DNA of 64,000 nucleotides from Polyangiaceae bacterium (GTDB taxonomy: Bacteria > Myxococcota_A > Polyangia > Polyangiales > Polyangiaceae), in the NCBI GenBank assembly GCA_035439005.1, contig DAORJJ010000001.1:182-64181 (forward strand), written 5' to 3'. Under the pieces are notes generated by a model. The model searched no databases. It was not told where the DNA came from and worked only from the letters and a program-made list of their open reading frames with translations. A program made the position numbers and the translations under genes. Shown in pieces: positions 29,659 through 36,875 of this stretch; position 1 is the stretch's first letter; every line of letters starts with the position of its first letter.

Positions 29659-29868
29659 GGTTCCGTCCCGGTTCGCGTCCCGGTTCGTCTCGGGTGTGCG
29701 AGTCGTCCCGAGTCGTCCCGAGTCGTTCCCGGGACGACCCGTGTCCAGTCGTCTTCGAGTCGTCCCCCGTCCCCCCTTCTTAGGGGGACGGGACGACTCG
29801 ACAGAGGACGGGGGGCTCGGGATGGCGCCGGAGTGAGTGAGAGGTTGGTTGGTGTCGGGGACGACTCG
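29659..29868. repeat. iteron array plus stem-loop (candidate replication origin of island 1)
   Basis: The 10-mer GAGTCGTCCC occurs directly at 29700, 29710, 29720 (variant) and 29757. Its inverted form GGGACGACTC occurs at 29731 (partial), 29790 and 29858. There are also GGTTCnnGTCCC repeats at 29659-29690. A 17-20-bp stem-loop sits at 29757-29799. Confidence 0.5.
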
Positions 29869-29873
29869 AGGGC

Positions 29874-31379
29874 TCATGACTGCCCCCTAAGCCGGATGGT
29901 CTGGTCACGCTGGGAGCCTTCGATCGCGACCTCGCCCGACGAGACGAGGAACCCAAGCGCCTTGACCACAAGGTCTCGCTTCATTCCGAGCGCGTCCCGA
30001 AGGTCACCCCGTGAACCGCGGAAGCTGCCTCCGACGCTGGCGAGGTGCTTCTTGATCGCGGCCTGTGCGCGCTCGTCAGCGGAGGCCGACGCCGAAGCGC
30101 GCTCCTCCTCTCGCCGCTCCTCCATCTGCTCGCCCTCGAGGTGCACGAGGCGGAGCCCCCAGCGTGGATCGATGGCGTCGGCCACGTCTTCGGAGTCGAG
30201 GCCGAAGGTGTCGAGCGTGGTACCCATGAGCCGGTCCTTCTCGTGCTCCACAACAGTCGGTTGGCCCTTCTCGCCACCGAAGATGTAGATCGAATCGGCC
30301 GCATCGAAGATGGCGGCGGAACCGCGAAGCGAGAACTTCCCGCCCGACTTCTCGCCCATTGCGGGCTTGCGGGCGTGATGGATCAAGACGACGGCGACGT
30401 CGGCCCGCTTGGCCTCTTCGCCTAGAACATCGATGTACTCACGGATCTCTGAGCTGTTTTCGTCCACCCGCGGGGTAGCGGCGCGGAGCGAGTCCACGAT
30501 GACGAGGCCGGCCTTCGACTCCGCTAGCATCCTCCGGATCGTCTCGCGCGCGCTCGCGTCCGTCAGGCGAAACCGCGGGAACGTCGCAACCGAGATCCCA
30601 CACTGCTGCAGGTTGAGCCCGGCCGCCCGGGCGAGGCGCTGGTACCGCTCGCGCGTGATGCGGGTTCCCTGCTCATAGTCCACGTGGAGCACGTTGGCGC
30701 GCACGGTCGAGTACACGCCGAGTGCTCGCGTACCTGACGCGACGGCGAGCGCAAGCGCTTGCGCGAACATGGTCTTGCGGCTGAAGCCGTAGCCTCCCAC
30801 TAGGATGACGGCCCCGCGCGCGATGCGCAGCCCCTCGCAGATCCACGAGATCGGGGGCAGTGGCTCCGCGAGCTCCGCGGCGGGCTCCAGACGGTAGAGC
30901 CTCGAGTCGGCGGAGGTCACCCCCAGCGCGTCGAAGGTCTCGCGCAGCTCGCCCATGACATCGTCTGACGTGTCGTTGGGCAGGTAGCACCGGAGCATCG
31001 CGCGGCGCGCGGCATCGATGACGCGCCGACGCTTGGCGAGCTCGCGCACGATCTTGGCGTACCGCGAGACGCAGACGCCGGCCCCGTGACAGTAGTCGAC
31101 GCGATCGAGCACCTCGGCCGACACCATCGTGTGGTGGCCGGTCTCTTTGAGCTTCGTGCGAATGGTGTGACCGCTGATGCGCTCACCCTCCGCGTCGAGC
31201 TCGAGCATCGCGCGGAACACTGCTCGATGCGAGCCGAGGTAGAAGTCATCCACCCGCACGTCGGTCTGGGCGCGCTCGGTTCCGTCGGCGCCGAGCGAGT
31301 AGAGCAACGCGATCTCGGCCTCCTCGTCGTGCGGCGGAGGTTGACCCTCGCCGGGGTCGACCATGCGGGGTAGCGCCAT
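29874..31379 (-). CDS. DnaB-N-terminal-domain / RecA-like (AAA_25/RepA-type) replicative helicase
   Basis: PPHDEEAEIALLYSL...FYLGSHRAVFRAMLEL matches the DnaB N-terminal domain. The C-terminal half has the P-loop-like GGYGFSRKT and the Walker B LVIVDSLRAA. The start is set to the ATG at 31377-31379. Confidence 0.7.
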   Translation of the reverse strand: MALPRMVDPGEGQPPPHDEEAEIALLYSLGADGTERAQTDVRVDDFYLGSHRAVFRAMLELDAEGERISGHTIRTKLKETGHHTMVSAEVLDRVDYCHGAGVCVSRYAKIVRELAKRRRVIDAARRAMLRCYLPNDTSDDVMGELRETFDALGVTSADSRLYRLEPAAELAEPLPPISWICEGLRIARGAVILVGGYGFSRKTMFAQALALAVASGTRALGVYSTVRANVLHVDYEQGTRITRERYQRLARAAGLNLQQCGISVATFPRFRLTDASARETIRRMLAESKAGLVIVDSLRAATPRVDENSSEIREYIDVLGEEAKRADVAVVLIHHARKPAMGEKSGGKFSLRGSAAIFDAADSIYIFGGEKGQPTVVEHEKDRLMGTTLDTFGLDSEDVADAIDPRWGLRLVHLEGEQMEERREEERASASASADERAQAAIKKHLASVGGSFRGSRGDLRDALGMKRDLVVKALGFLVSSGEVAIEGSQRDQTIRLRGQS

Positions 31380-31405
31380 AGCCGTAGCAGGGCCGCGGAG
31401 GTTGC

Positions 31406-31678
31406 TCACGTGGCGGCCGCCTCGCCGAACAGACTCGCCTGTCGGGGCTCCGGCTCCCCGTCGTCGAGCGCGAGAGAGGCCTCGAACGCCTGGCACTCGG
31501 CCTCGAGGCGCGCGCACTCGGCCTTCAGCGCGTCGAGCTGAGCGCGGGCGCTGGTGAGGTGTCGCCGGCGGAGCTCCGGCGAGCTGCAGGCGTCGGCCAT
31601 CGAGAGGGCCGTGCGCACGTTGCCGGAGGTGACGAGCCGTCCGTAGTTGCTTTTTGGCTGAGAAGGTGTATCTTTCAC
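31406..31678 (-). CDS. hypothetical small coiled-coil protein
   Basis: GTG at 31676-31678 is preceded by GGAG at a 6-nt spacing. Sequence includes ARAQLDALKAECARLEAECQAFE. Confidence 0.35.
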   Translation of the reverse strand: MKDTPSQPKSNYGRLVTSGNVRTALSMADACSSPELRRRHLTSARAQLDALKAECARLEAECQAFEASLALDDGEPEPRQASLFGEAAAT

Positions 31679-31760
31679 GGGTGTCTCCAAGCGCCCGCCT
31701 CCCTGGTCCGGAGTGCGGGCGCGCCCTATTTGGGCGTCCCGCGCGAGCGCGTGTGTGGTG

Positions 31761-31964
31761 TCAGGTAGCGGCGGCCTCGGCGCGGTAGGCGCGCCATGCG
31801 GCGATGGTGCGAGCCACGCGCACGCCAGCGCGGCCACGGACAGGGAGCCCGGCCAAAGCCCGCACGACCGTCTTGGGGTGGACGTCGGCCCGGTTGGCGA
31901 TGACGGCGACAACCTCGTCGGTGATGGGGCCGGGAGCGGTCGGGGCTGGTTCGTCGGGGCTCAT
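31761..31964 (-). CDS. small HTH-like DNA-binding protein (67 aa)
   Basis: Sequence includes ITDEVVAVIANRADVHPKTVVRALAGLPV. Confidence 0.4.
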   Translation of the reverse strand: MSPDEPAPTAPGPITDEVVAVIANRADVHPKTVVRALAGLPVRGRAGVRVARTIAAWRAYRAEAAAT

Positions 31965-31997
31965 GCCCCTTAGGCGTCATGGCGACCCCAGAAATCT

Positions 31998-32828
31998 TCA
32001 CTCGCGCCGTTTCTGGGTGCGCTTGCGCGACTTCGCGACGTAGTTGTGCGCCTCTTCTTCGATGGCCTCCGCGGGCGTCATTCCGACCCTTGCGCGCGCT
32101 GGCCAGTTGCCTTGGAGAACCGACATGACGGCGCCTTCGGTGGGCGTGTCGCCGAAGATGCGGGCCTCTCCAGTGACAGGATCCTCGTACTGAAACCGCG
32201 ACATTCCGGAGGCGCGAAGGTCCGTGATGGGACTGTCGGCCGCCCATGCCTGCAGCTTCGCGACGTCGACGGCGAGCGCGAGCTCCGGCTCCCTCTCCAC
32301 CTGCCTTAGAACCGCCTTCGCGGCCTTCCGGCGGGCGGCGCGGCGCTCGAAATACACGAGCGCATCCTTGGGCATCGCGAGCCACGCGACCGCGACGGGG
32401 CTAGAGCCCGTGGCCCTCAAGAGTCGCTTGCGGCACTCGTGGATCGTTGCGGCCCGTAAGCCCTCCTTCGTCTCGGGTCGCGGAGGTCCGCGCCAAAGGT
32501 CCGCGAGGGTCTCAGACTCGGTGGACGGCTCGTCGGCGCGAGGCTTGCCGATCCACCGGTTGCCGTCCCCAAGGTTGCGGGCTTGCGCGAGCTCGCCTCG
32601 CCTGTCTGCCGTGCGCGCCCACGACATCGCGAGACGCTTGGTGTCGCGCTTGACGAGGCCGGAGAACTTGCGCTCCCCGTCCCAGCGTCGACGCGCGAGA
32701 ACTAGCGCCTCGCTCACGATCTGGTCATGGTCGGGGGCGAGTCGCGAGAACTCCTCGGACAAGAGCTTCGCGGCGGCGCGGCGCGCCGCGTCGATCTCCG
32801 CGCGGGTTGGCTCTCGCGGGGCACTCAC
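31998..32828 (-). CDS. hypothetical protein
   Basis: GTG at 32826-32828 forms a GTGA overlap with the upstream stop. 276 aa, no family recognised. Confidence 0.4.
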   Translation of the reverse strand: MSAPREPTRAEIDAARRAAAKLLSEEFSRLAPDHDQIVSEALVLARRRWDGERKFSGLVKRDTKRLAMSWARTADRRGELAQARNLGDGNRWIGKPRADEPSTESETLADLWRGPPRPETKEGLRAATIHECRKRLLRATGSSPVAVAWLAMPKDALVYFERRAARRKAAKAVLRQVEREPELALAVDVAKLQAWAADSPITDLRASGMSRFQYEDPVTGEARIFGDTPTEGAVMSVLQGNWPARARVGMTPAEAIEEEAHNYVAKSRKRTQKRRE

Positions 32829-33103
32829 TCCGCGGCCCCCTCGGCCTCGTCGTCGGCCTCCGGCCCCATGAGCTCGCGGAGCCACGCGGTCACGCGCGCG
32901 ACCTCCGCCTCACGATCGGCGGCGGCTCGGATCGCGTCGAGCTTGCGGTTTTCGGCGACGGCGGCGAGGTACGCGCGGCGGTACTCCTCGCGGGTCCCGC
33001 GCTCGCGGGTGCGAGCGAACGCACGCCACGCGCGGTACATGGGGCGGAGCCCTGGGTGCACCGTCCGGAGGTCGGGGGATCCTTCGGGGCGCCGGCGGCT
33101 CAC
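32825..33103 (-). CDS. hypothetical small protein
   Basis: GTGA overlap at 33100-33103. Composition is sensible only from this start onward. Confidence 0.3.
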   Translation of the reverse strand: MSRRRPEGSPDLRTVHPGLRPMYRAWRAFARTRERGTREEYRRAYLAAVAENRKLDAIRAAADREAEVARVTAWLRELMGPEADDEAEGAAE

Positions 33104-33309
33104 GGTGACACCTCCTTGGCCACGGCGCGCAGCCGGTCCCGCACGGCCCACAGGATCTCGCACGTCTCGCCGGCATCCAGGCCGTGCTCGATGGCGAGCA
33201 TGAGCGCGGAGAGGGTGCTCGCGGCTCCCTCGATGGCGATGGCGTGCGCCTCGCTCGCGGTGATGTGACCGACCGGCGCGGCGGGCGGCGGAGGCTTGCG
33301 AGCGCTCAC
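33100..33309 (-). CDS. hypothetical small protein
   Basis: GTGA overlap at 33306-33309. Sequence: VSARKPPPPAAPVGHITASEAHAIAIEGAASTLSALMLAIEHG... Confidence 0.3.
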   Translation of the reverse strand: MSARKPPPPAAPVGHITASEAHAIAIEGAASTLSALMLAIEHGLDAGETCEILWAVRDRLRAVAKEVSP

Positions 33310-33719
33310 GTGCCCACCTCCCACGCCGCGATGGCGGCCCGTGCGGCCTCGCGCTCCGCGGTGCGCCTGTCGGCGTCCTCGGCCTCCCTCGCGAGAGACC
33401 CGAGCCCGACGACGGCGAGGGCGAGCACGACGCGCTCGGCGTAGTCGACCAGCCCGGCGAGCTGACGTGGGAGCCGACCCGCGGCTTCTGCGGGCCGCGC
33501 ACCCTGCAACATCGCGATGAACACGCCGGCGTGTCGGCCGGTGACCGTCGAGCCGTCCGGGGTGACGAGGGTCACCGGCTCCGGGGTGACGCTCATGAGC
33601 GCGTCGGCCTCGTGGTCGCACGCGAGGGAGGCCGAGACGTAGACGTCCTCGCTCGAGAGGTAGACCAGGATCCCACCCTCGACTCGGCGGGGCGCCGTCA
33701 CGTTCACGGGGCCGCTCAC
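33306..33719 (-). CDS. hypothetical protein (137 aa)
   Basis: ORF with high GC3 and a 4-nt overlap with both neighbours. Confidence 0.4.
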   Translation of the reverse strand: MSGPVNVTAPRRVEGGILVYLSSEDVYVSASLACDHEADALMSVTPEPVTLVTPDGSTVTGRHAGVFIAMLQGARPAEAAGRLPRQLAGLVDYAERVVLALAVVGLGSLAREAEDADRRTAEREAARAAIAAWEVGT

Positions 33720-33925
33720 GTGCCCACCTTCTCTCCGGAAAGTGCGCTAGAAGTAGCGGACTTCTTCCCGGCGTTCGGGTAGGTGCTCGCGGTCGGGCAC
33801 GTCGGCCGGTAGGGCACCGGCATCTCGTCGGGCGCGGGGCTGGTAGGCCAGTAGGCGATCGGGGTGATCGGGGTGTCTTGCCGCGTGCGCTGCGCGCGGC
33901 TCTTGGGTGTGCTAGTCTGGTCCAT
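33716..33925 (-). CDS. hypothetical small protein (69 aa)
   Basis: ATG preceded by AGGAG at an 8-nt spacing. Confidence 0.4.
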   Translation of the reverse strand: MDQTSTPKSRAQRTRQDTPITPIAYWPTSPAPDEMPVPYRPTCPTASTYPNAGKKSATSSALSGEKVGT

Positions 33926-34062
33926 GCTGATGTCTCCTGTTCGGGGCTAAGGCAACCGTGCGGCTCGCCGTGTCACCGGCGGGCCGTGCCTCTTTTGTCT
34001 GTGGGCGTCATGCCCACGCGTCGATCCCTCTCCGGGGAGAGAGACCGATGCGCGGGCGTGAC

Positions 34063-34755
34063 TCATGCGGCGAGGCGAGCAGCGCGCAGCCCGCGCATCC
34101 ACCGTCGGTGTGCGGGGTGCTCCCATCGGCGCCAGTTGAGCGGGTGCGCCTCGGCCAGCGCCTCGAGCTCGTCGGGTCCGAGGGTGCCGTGCTCCAACAG
34201 TGCGGCGGCCACGGCGCGAACGGCGGGCCAGTGCGCCGCGAGGAAAGCCTTCGTCGCGAGGAACTCGCGCGTGAGGGCGCGCGTGGACGTGGCGTCACTG
34301 GCGCGCGGGTAGGCGATCCACAGCGCCTCCTGTGCACTGGCGTAGTCCCTGGTCCAACACGATGCGCATTCGAGCCACACGAGAAGGTCGCCCTCGCACT
34401 CTGCGAGCTCGTCATCTGGAGCGAAGCGGCGGGCCCCGGTGAGCACCTCTTCGGCCGCGACGCCCGCGAGGTGTACGCGCACCTCGAGCAGCGCCATACC
34501 CCGCCTGAACCCTAGCGCGTGGCCAAGCTCGCGCGCCCGGCGGTCGCGAGCCGCCAGCGCATAGGTCGCCTGTCGCATGTGCCCCCACGAGCGGCCGGGC
34601 GTCGGCACGATCGTCAGCAGGCGCGGCCGCTCGGGTGCTGCCGTCGAGCCGCGCCAGCGCCACGCCGCTAGCAGGTGTCCGGCCTCGTGATACGCGGTGA
34701 GGGTGCGCTCGGCCTCGCGTTGGGCCTTCGTGCGGCGCTTCGGCTTCGGTCTCAC
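34063..34755 (-). CDS. stand-alone HExxH metalloprotease (FtsH/M41-like catalytic motif)
   Basis: TAYHEAGHLLAA mirrors the FtsH VAYHEAGHAL zinc site. GTG start preceded by GAGGAG. It lies immediately downstream of the cI-like repressor gene. Confidence 0.55.
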   Translation of the reverse strand: MRPKPKRRTKAQREAERTLTAYHEAGHLLAAWRWRGSTAAPERPRLLTIVPTPGRSWGHMRQATYALAARDRRARELGHALGFRRGMALLEVRVHLAGVAAEEVLTGARRFAPDDELAECEGDLLVWLECASCWTRDYASAQEALWIAYPRASDATSTRALTREFLATKAFLAAHWPAVRAVAAALLEHGTLGPDELEALAEAHPLNWRRWEHPAHRRWMRGLRAARLAA

Positions 34756-34871
34756 AGGCTGGTCTCCTCGGGCGCACGCCTCCGCCGGGCGACTTGCCCG
34801 CGCGATGCGTGACCCGTAGGAGTGTTCTTAACTTCGCATCACGATCGCGTCAACCGCAATCGGATATAAAG

Positions 34872-35468
34872 TCACTCGCCAACGATCACGATCTCTGAAT
34901 CGTCGACGTCCTCAACATCGGCGACCGCATCGCCGGCCGCGGCCGGCTCGACGTGGCGGCGGAGGGTGTCCAGCGTCCAGCGGAGGCGGTTCACCTCTTC
35001 GGCCAACTCCATGGTCGCGTGCATCCGGGAGACCAGATCCAGGGCGCGAAGCATGGTCTTCCGGTCCTCGGCCGCGTAGCCCCACGTCTTCGCGGCGAAG
35101 ACCGCCACGAGCACGTCGCGGGCGTCGGCGCTCGGCGCCCACCGGGCCGACACGTGCGCGGCCATCTCGTCTACCCCGGCCAGCGTCAGGACCGCGGCCC
35201 TCTCCGCTGGCTTGCGGCGCTCGCGCTTCACGGCGACGTCAACAGTGCGGCGAAGGTGCTGGCGCACTTCCTCGTCGGGGCGACCGGCCAGCTTCGCGGC
35301 GTCGAGCAGCGTTTGCGGGGCGAGGCGGCCGGTATTGAGCGCGGAGCTGACGCGCGACTGATTGATCCCCAGCTCGCGGGCGAGCTCGCGCTGGGAGCGC
35401 GTCGCGAGCAACTCCCGGAAGATGCTCTGCACGTAGTCGCGTGTTTCCGGGGGTACTCCGCGAGCCAT
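34872..35468 (-). CDS. cI-like HTH (XRE-type) repressor
   Basis: The internal ATG gives MARGVPPETRDYVQSIFRELLATRSQRELARELGINQSRVSSAL (HTH). It is divergent from a cro-like gene. Confidence 0.6.
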   Translation of the reverse strand: MARGVPPETRDYVQSIFRELLATRSQRELARELGINQSRVSSALNTGRLAPQTLLDAAKLAGRPDEEVRQHLRRTVDVAVKRERRKPAERAAVLTLAGVDEMAAHVSARWAPSADARDVLVAVFAAKTWGYAAEDRKTMLRALDLVSRMHATMELAEEVNRLRWTLDTLRRHVEPAAAGDAVADVEDVDDSEIVIVGE

Positions 35469-35475
35469 GCCCCGA

Positions 35476-35504
35476 ACCTTAGGCGCGATGCGCGAGCCAT
35501 GCAA
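35476..35504 (-). promoter_or_regulatory. candidate sigma70-type promoter of the cI-like operon (near-leaderless)
   Basis: On the minus strand: TTGCAT, 17 nt, TAAGGT. The -10 element ends 7 nt before the ATG. Confidence 0.3.
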
Positions 35505-35511
35505 GCGCGGC

Positions 35512-35540
35512 TTGACGGGCCACAAAACCAGCGCTACGAT
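35512..35540 (+). promoter_or_regulatory. candidate sigma70-type promoter of the cro-like gene (near-leaderless)
   Basis: TTGACG, 17 nt, TACGAT. The -10 element ends 9 nt before the ATG at 35550. It lies back-to-back with the cI-side promoter. Confidence 0.35.
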
Positions 35541-35549
35541 CGATCTCCG

Positions 35550-35795
35550 ATGCGCACGAAGCCCCGAACGCGAGCCGCAATCGAGCTTGCCAGAATCATG
35601 ACGGCGCGGCGCCTGACACAGCAGGCGGTCGCCGATCTGCTCTCCCAGCGCGTGGGCCGTCGGGTCTCGCAATCCAGCGTGAACCGTGCTCTCACTGGCA
35701 CCTCGCCGGGCGGTGACCTCCTGTCGGCGTACGCGGTGCTCTTCGGGCTCGACGTCGCGTTGTGGAGCGAGCCCGCCGACTCGCAGGCGGCCTAG
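35550..35795 (+). CDS. cro-like HTH protein (81 aa)
   Basis: The HTH is AAIELARIMTARRLTQQAVADLLSQRVGRRVSQSSVNRAL. It is the only plus-strand gene of island 1. Confidence 0.55.
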   Translation: MRTKPRTRAAIELARIMTARRLTQQAVADLLSQRVGRRVSQSSVNRALTGTSPGGDLLSAYAVLFGLDVALWSEPADSQAA

Positions 35796-36566
35796 GTCTA
35801 GAGGTCGCGGCGCACCGTAGAAGCGCCGACAGGTCGCGGTGGACGATGCCGCGGGCGCGACCTTTCCGGCCACGGACCGGAAACCCCGGGGAATCCCGTT
35901 GCGCGCGCGGCGAGCGCGCACGTAAACCCGCAGGAAACGGACGGGCGCGAAACCGGGGGCGGGGTTTTTCTCGACGTTTTGGCTCGGCCGCGAGAAGAAA
36001 CACGGGCTTTCTGGGTGGGGCGGCGCGCAGTCCTCACGGCGAACTTATGATGCGGACCAATCTGGCCCGCATCGAGACGGGCTCGTTCGCGTCGAAGCAT
36101 GGTGGGTATTGCCCACCATGAACAATTCCGCGGTTTTGCACTGAGCGGTGCAGAACCTCCCGGTGCTCCCACGTCGCCCTCTCTGGCCTCCATCGGGCCA
36201 CCCCGGACCGTTGCCAGTGTGGCTGGCAACGCCTGGCGAGGTGCGTCCGCGTCATGCGGGTGCAATGACGGCCGCGGGCGAGTCACCCGCATGACGCGGA
36301 CGGCTGGCGTTGGGCGGGTGTCGCCTTCACCGGCTCGTCGTGTTCTACTTCGAGGCTCGGCGGCGCTCGAGCTCGTCACGGACGGCGGCCGCGAGCACCG
36401 GGCGCAGAGCGTCGAGGAAGGCCGCGGTGAGAGGGTCGGAGGCCTCGGAAATCTGGTCCGGACCAGGTCCCAAACCGGCCTCTAGTTGGCATTGTTCGTT
36501 GGGTATCGCCGCGCTCGACGGGTCGGAAACATCGGGAAGCATGGGGGTGCTCTCTTTCGGTGTCGA

Positions 36567-36590
36567 TTCGAGTCCTGCAGTCGGAGCCAT
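36567..36590. repeat. attR core of island 1 (copy of the tRNA-Asn 3' end)
   Basis: Exact 24-bp copy of 23864-23887. It is followed by the tRNA's presumed original terminator. Confidence 0.85.
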
Positions 36591-36712
36591 TCAAGCGGGG
36601 TCGCGGAAACGCGACCCCGCACTTTTTAACAGCGGCCTCGGAGAGCGATCTCCGGGGCCGTTGCGTTTCTCCCCCACGTTTCCGCGACCTTCGACGCTCG
36701 GCGAGCACGACG
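36582..36712. repeat. left ~130-bp direct repeat flanking island 2
   Basis: The sequence cggagccattcaagcggggtcgcggaaacgcgaccccgc...gcgagcacgacg recurs at 42262-42391 with about 8 differences. Confidence 0.85.
36595..36627 (+). terminator. rho-independent terminator (original tRNA-Asn terminator)
   Basis: 11-bp GC stem (GCGGGGTCGCG / CGCGACCCCGC) with a GAAA loop, followed by a TTTTT tract. A degenerate copy sits at about 42275-42307. Confidence 0.7.
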
Positions 36713-36875
36713 CGCGCGTGGACAGCGTTCGCGCAGAGAGCGCCGCCGGCGTGAAGGAGCGCGCGCCGAGGGCGTTCTGGACGGCGTTCGCGCTCTCTCT
36801 TCTGGCCCGCGGGGAGAGAGGAACCGAGAGCGTTTAACAGCGGAGCCCGTTTTCGCGGGACGGAGCCGCTGATGG

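Larger units (their letters stand above)
23887..36590. mobile_element. ~12.7-kb integrative element at tRNA-Asn with no structural genes (satellite/PICI-like)
   Basis: It is bounded by the 24-bp direct repeat. It contains int, an xis-like gene, a helicase with iterons, and a cI/cro-like switch. No capsid, terminase, tail, relaxase or T4SS genes are recognisable. Confidence 0.7.

Noticed and set aside
29659-29868. The short repeats considered as a possible CRISPR array.
   Set aside because: The repeat units are only 10-12 bp. They occur in both orientations, have no regular spacers of 30 bp or more, and no cas genes are present. They fit iterons or operators.
36345-36542. A 65-aa ORF (MLPDVSDPSSAAIPNEQCQLEAGLGPGPDQISEASDPLTAAFLDALRPVLAAAVRDELERRRASK) at the right end of island 1.
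   Set aside because: The composition is plausible, but it has no recognisable RBS, no family match I can name, and it sits in an otherwise structured non-coding region. I left it out of the feature list as unsupported.
23887-36590. Calling island 1 a complete prophage.
   Set aside because: I cannot recognise any terminase, portal, major capsid, tail, holin or endolysin signature. The element is also only 12.7 kb, so it is described as an integrative, satellite-like element instead.
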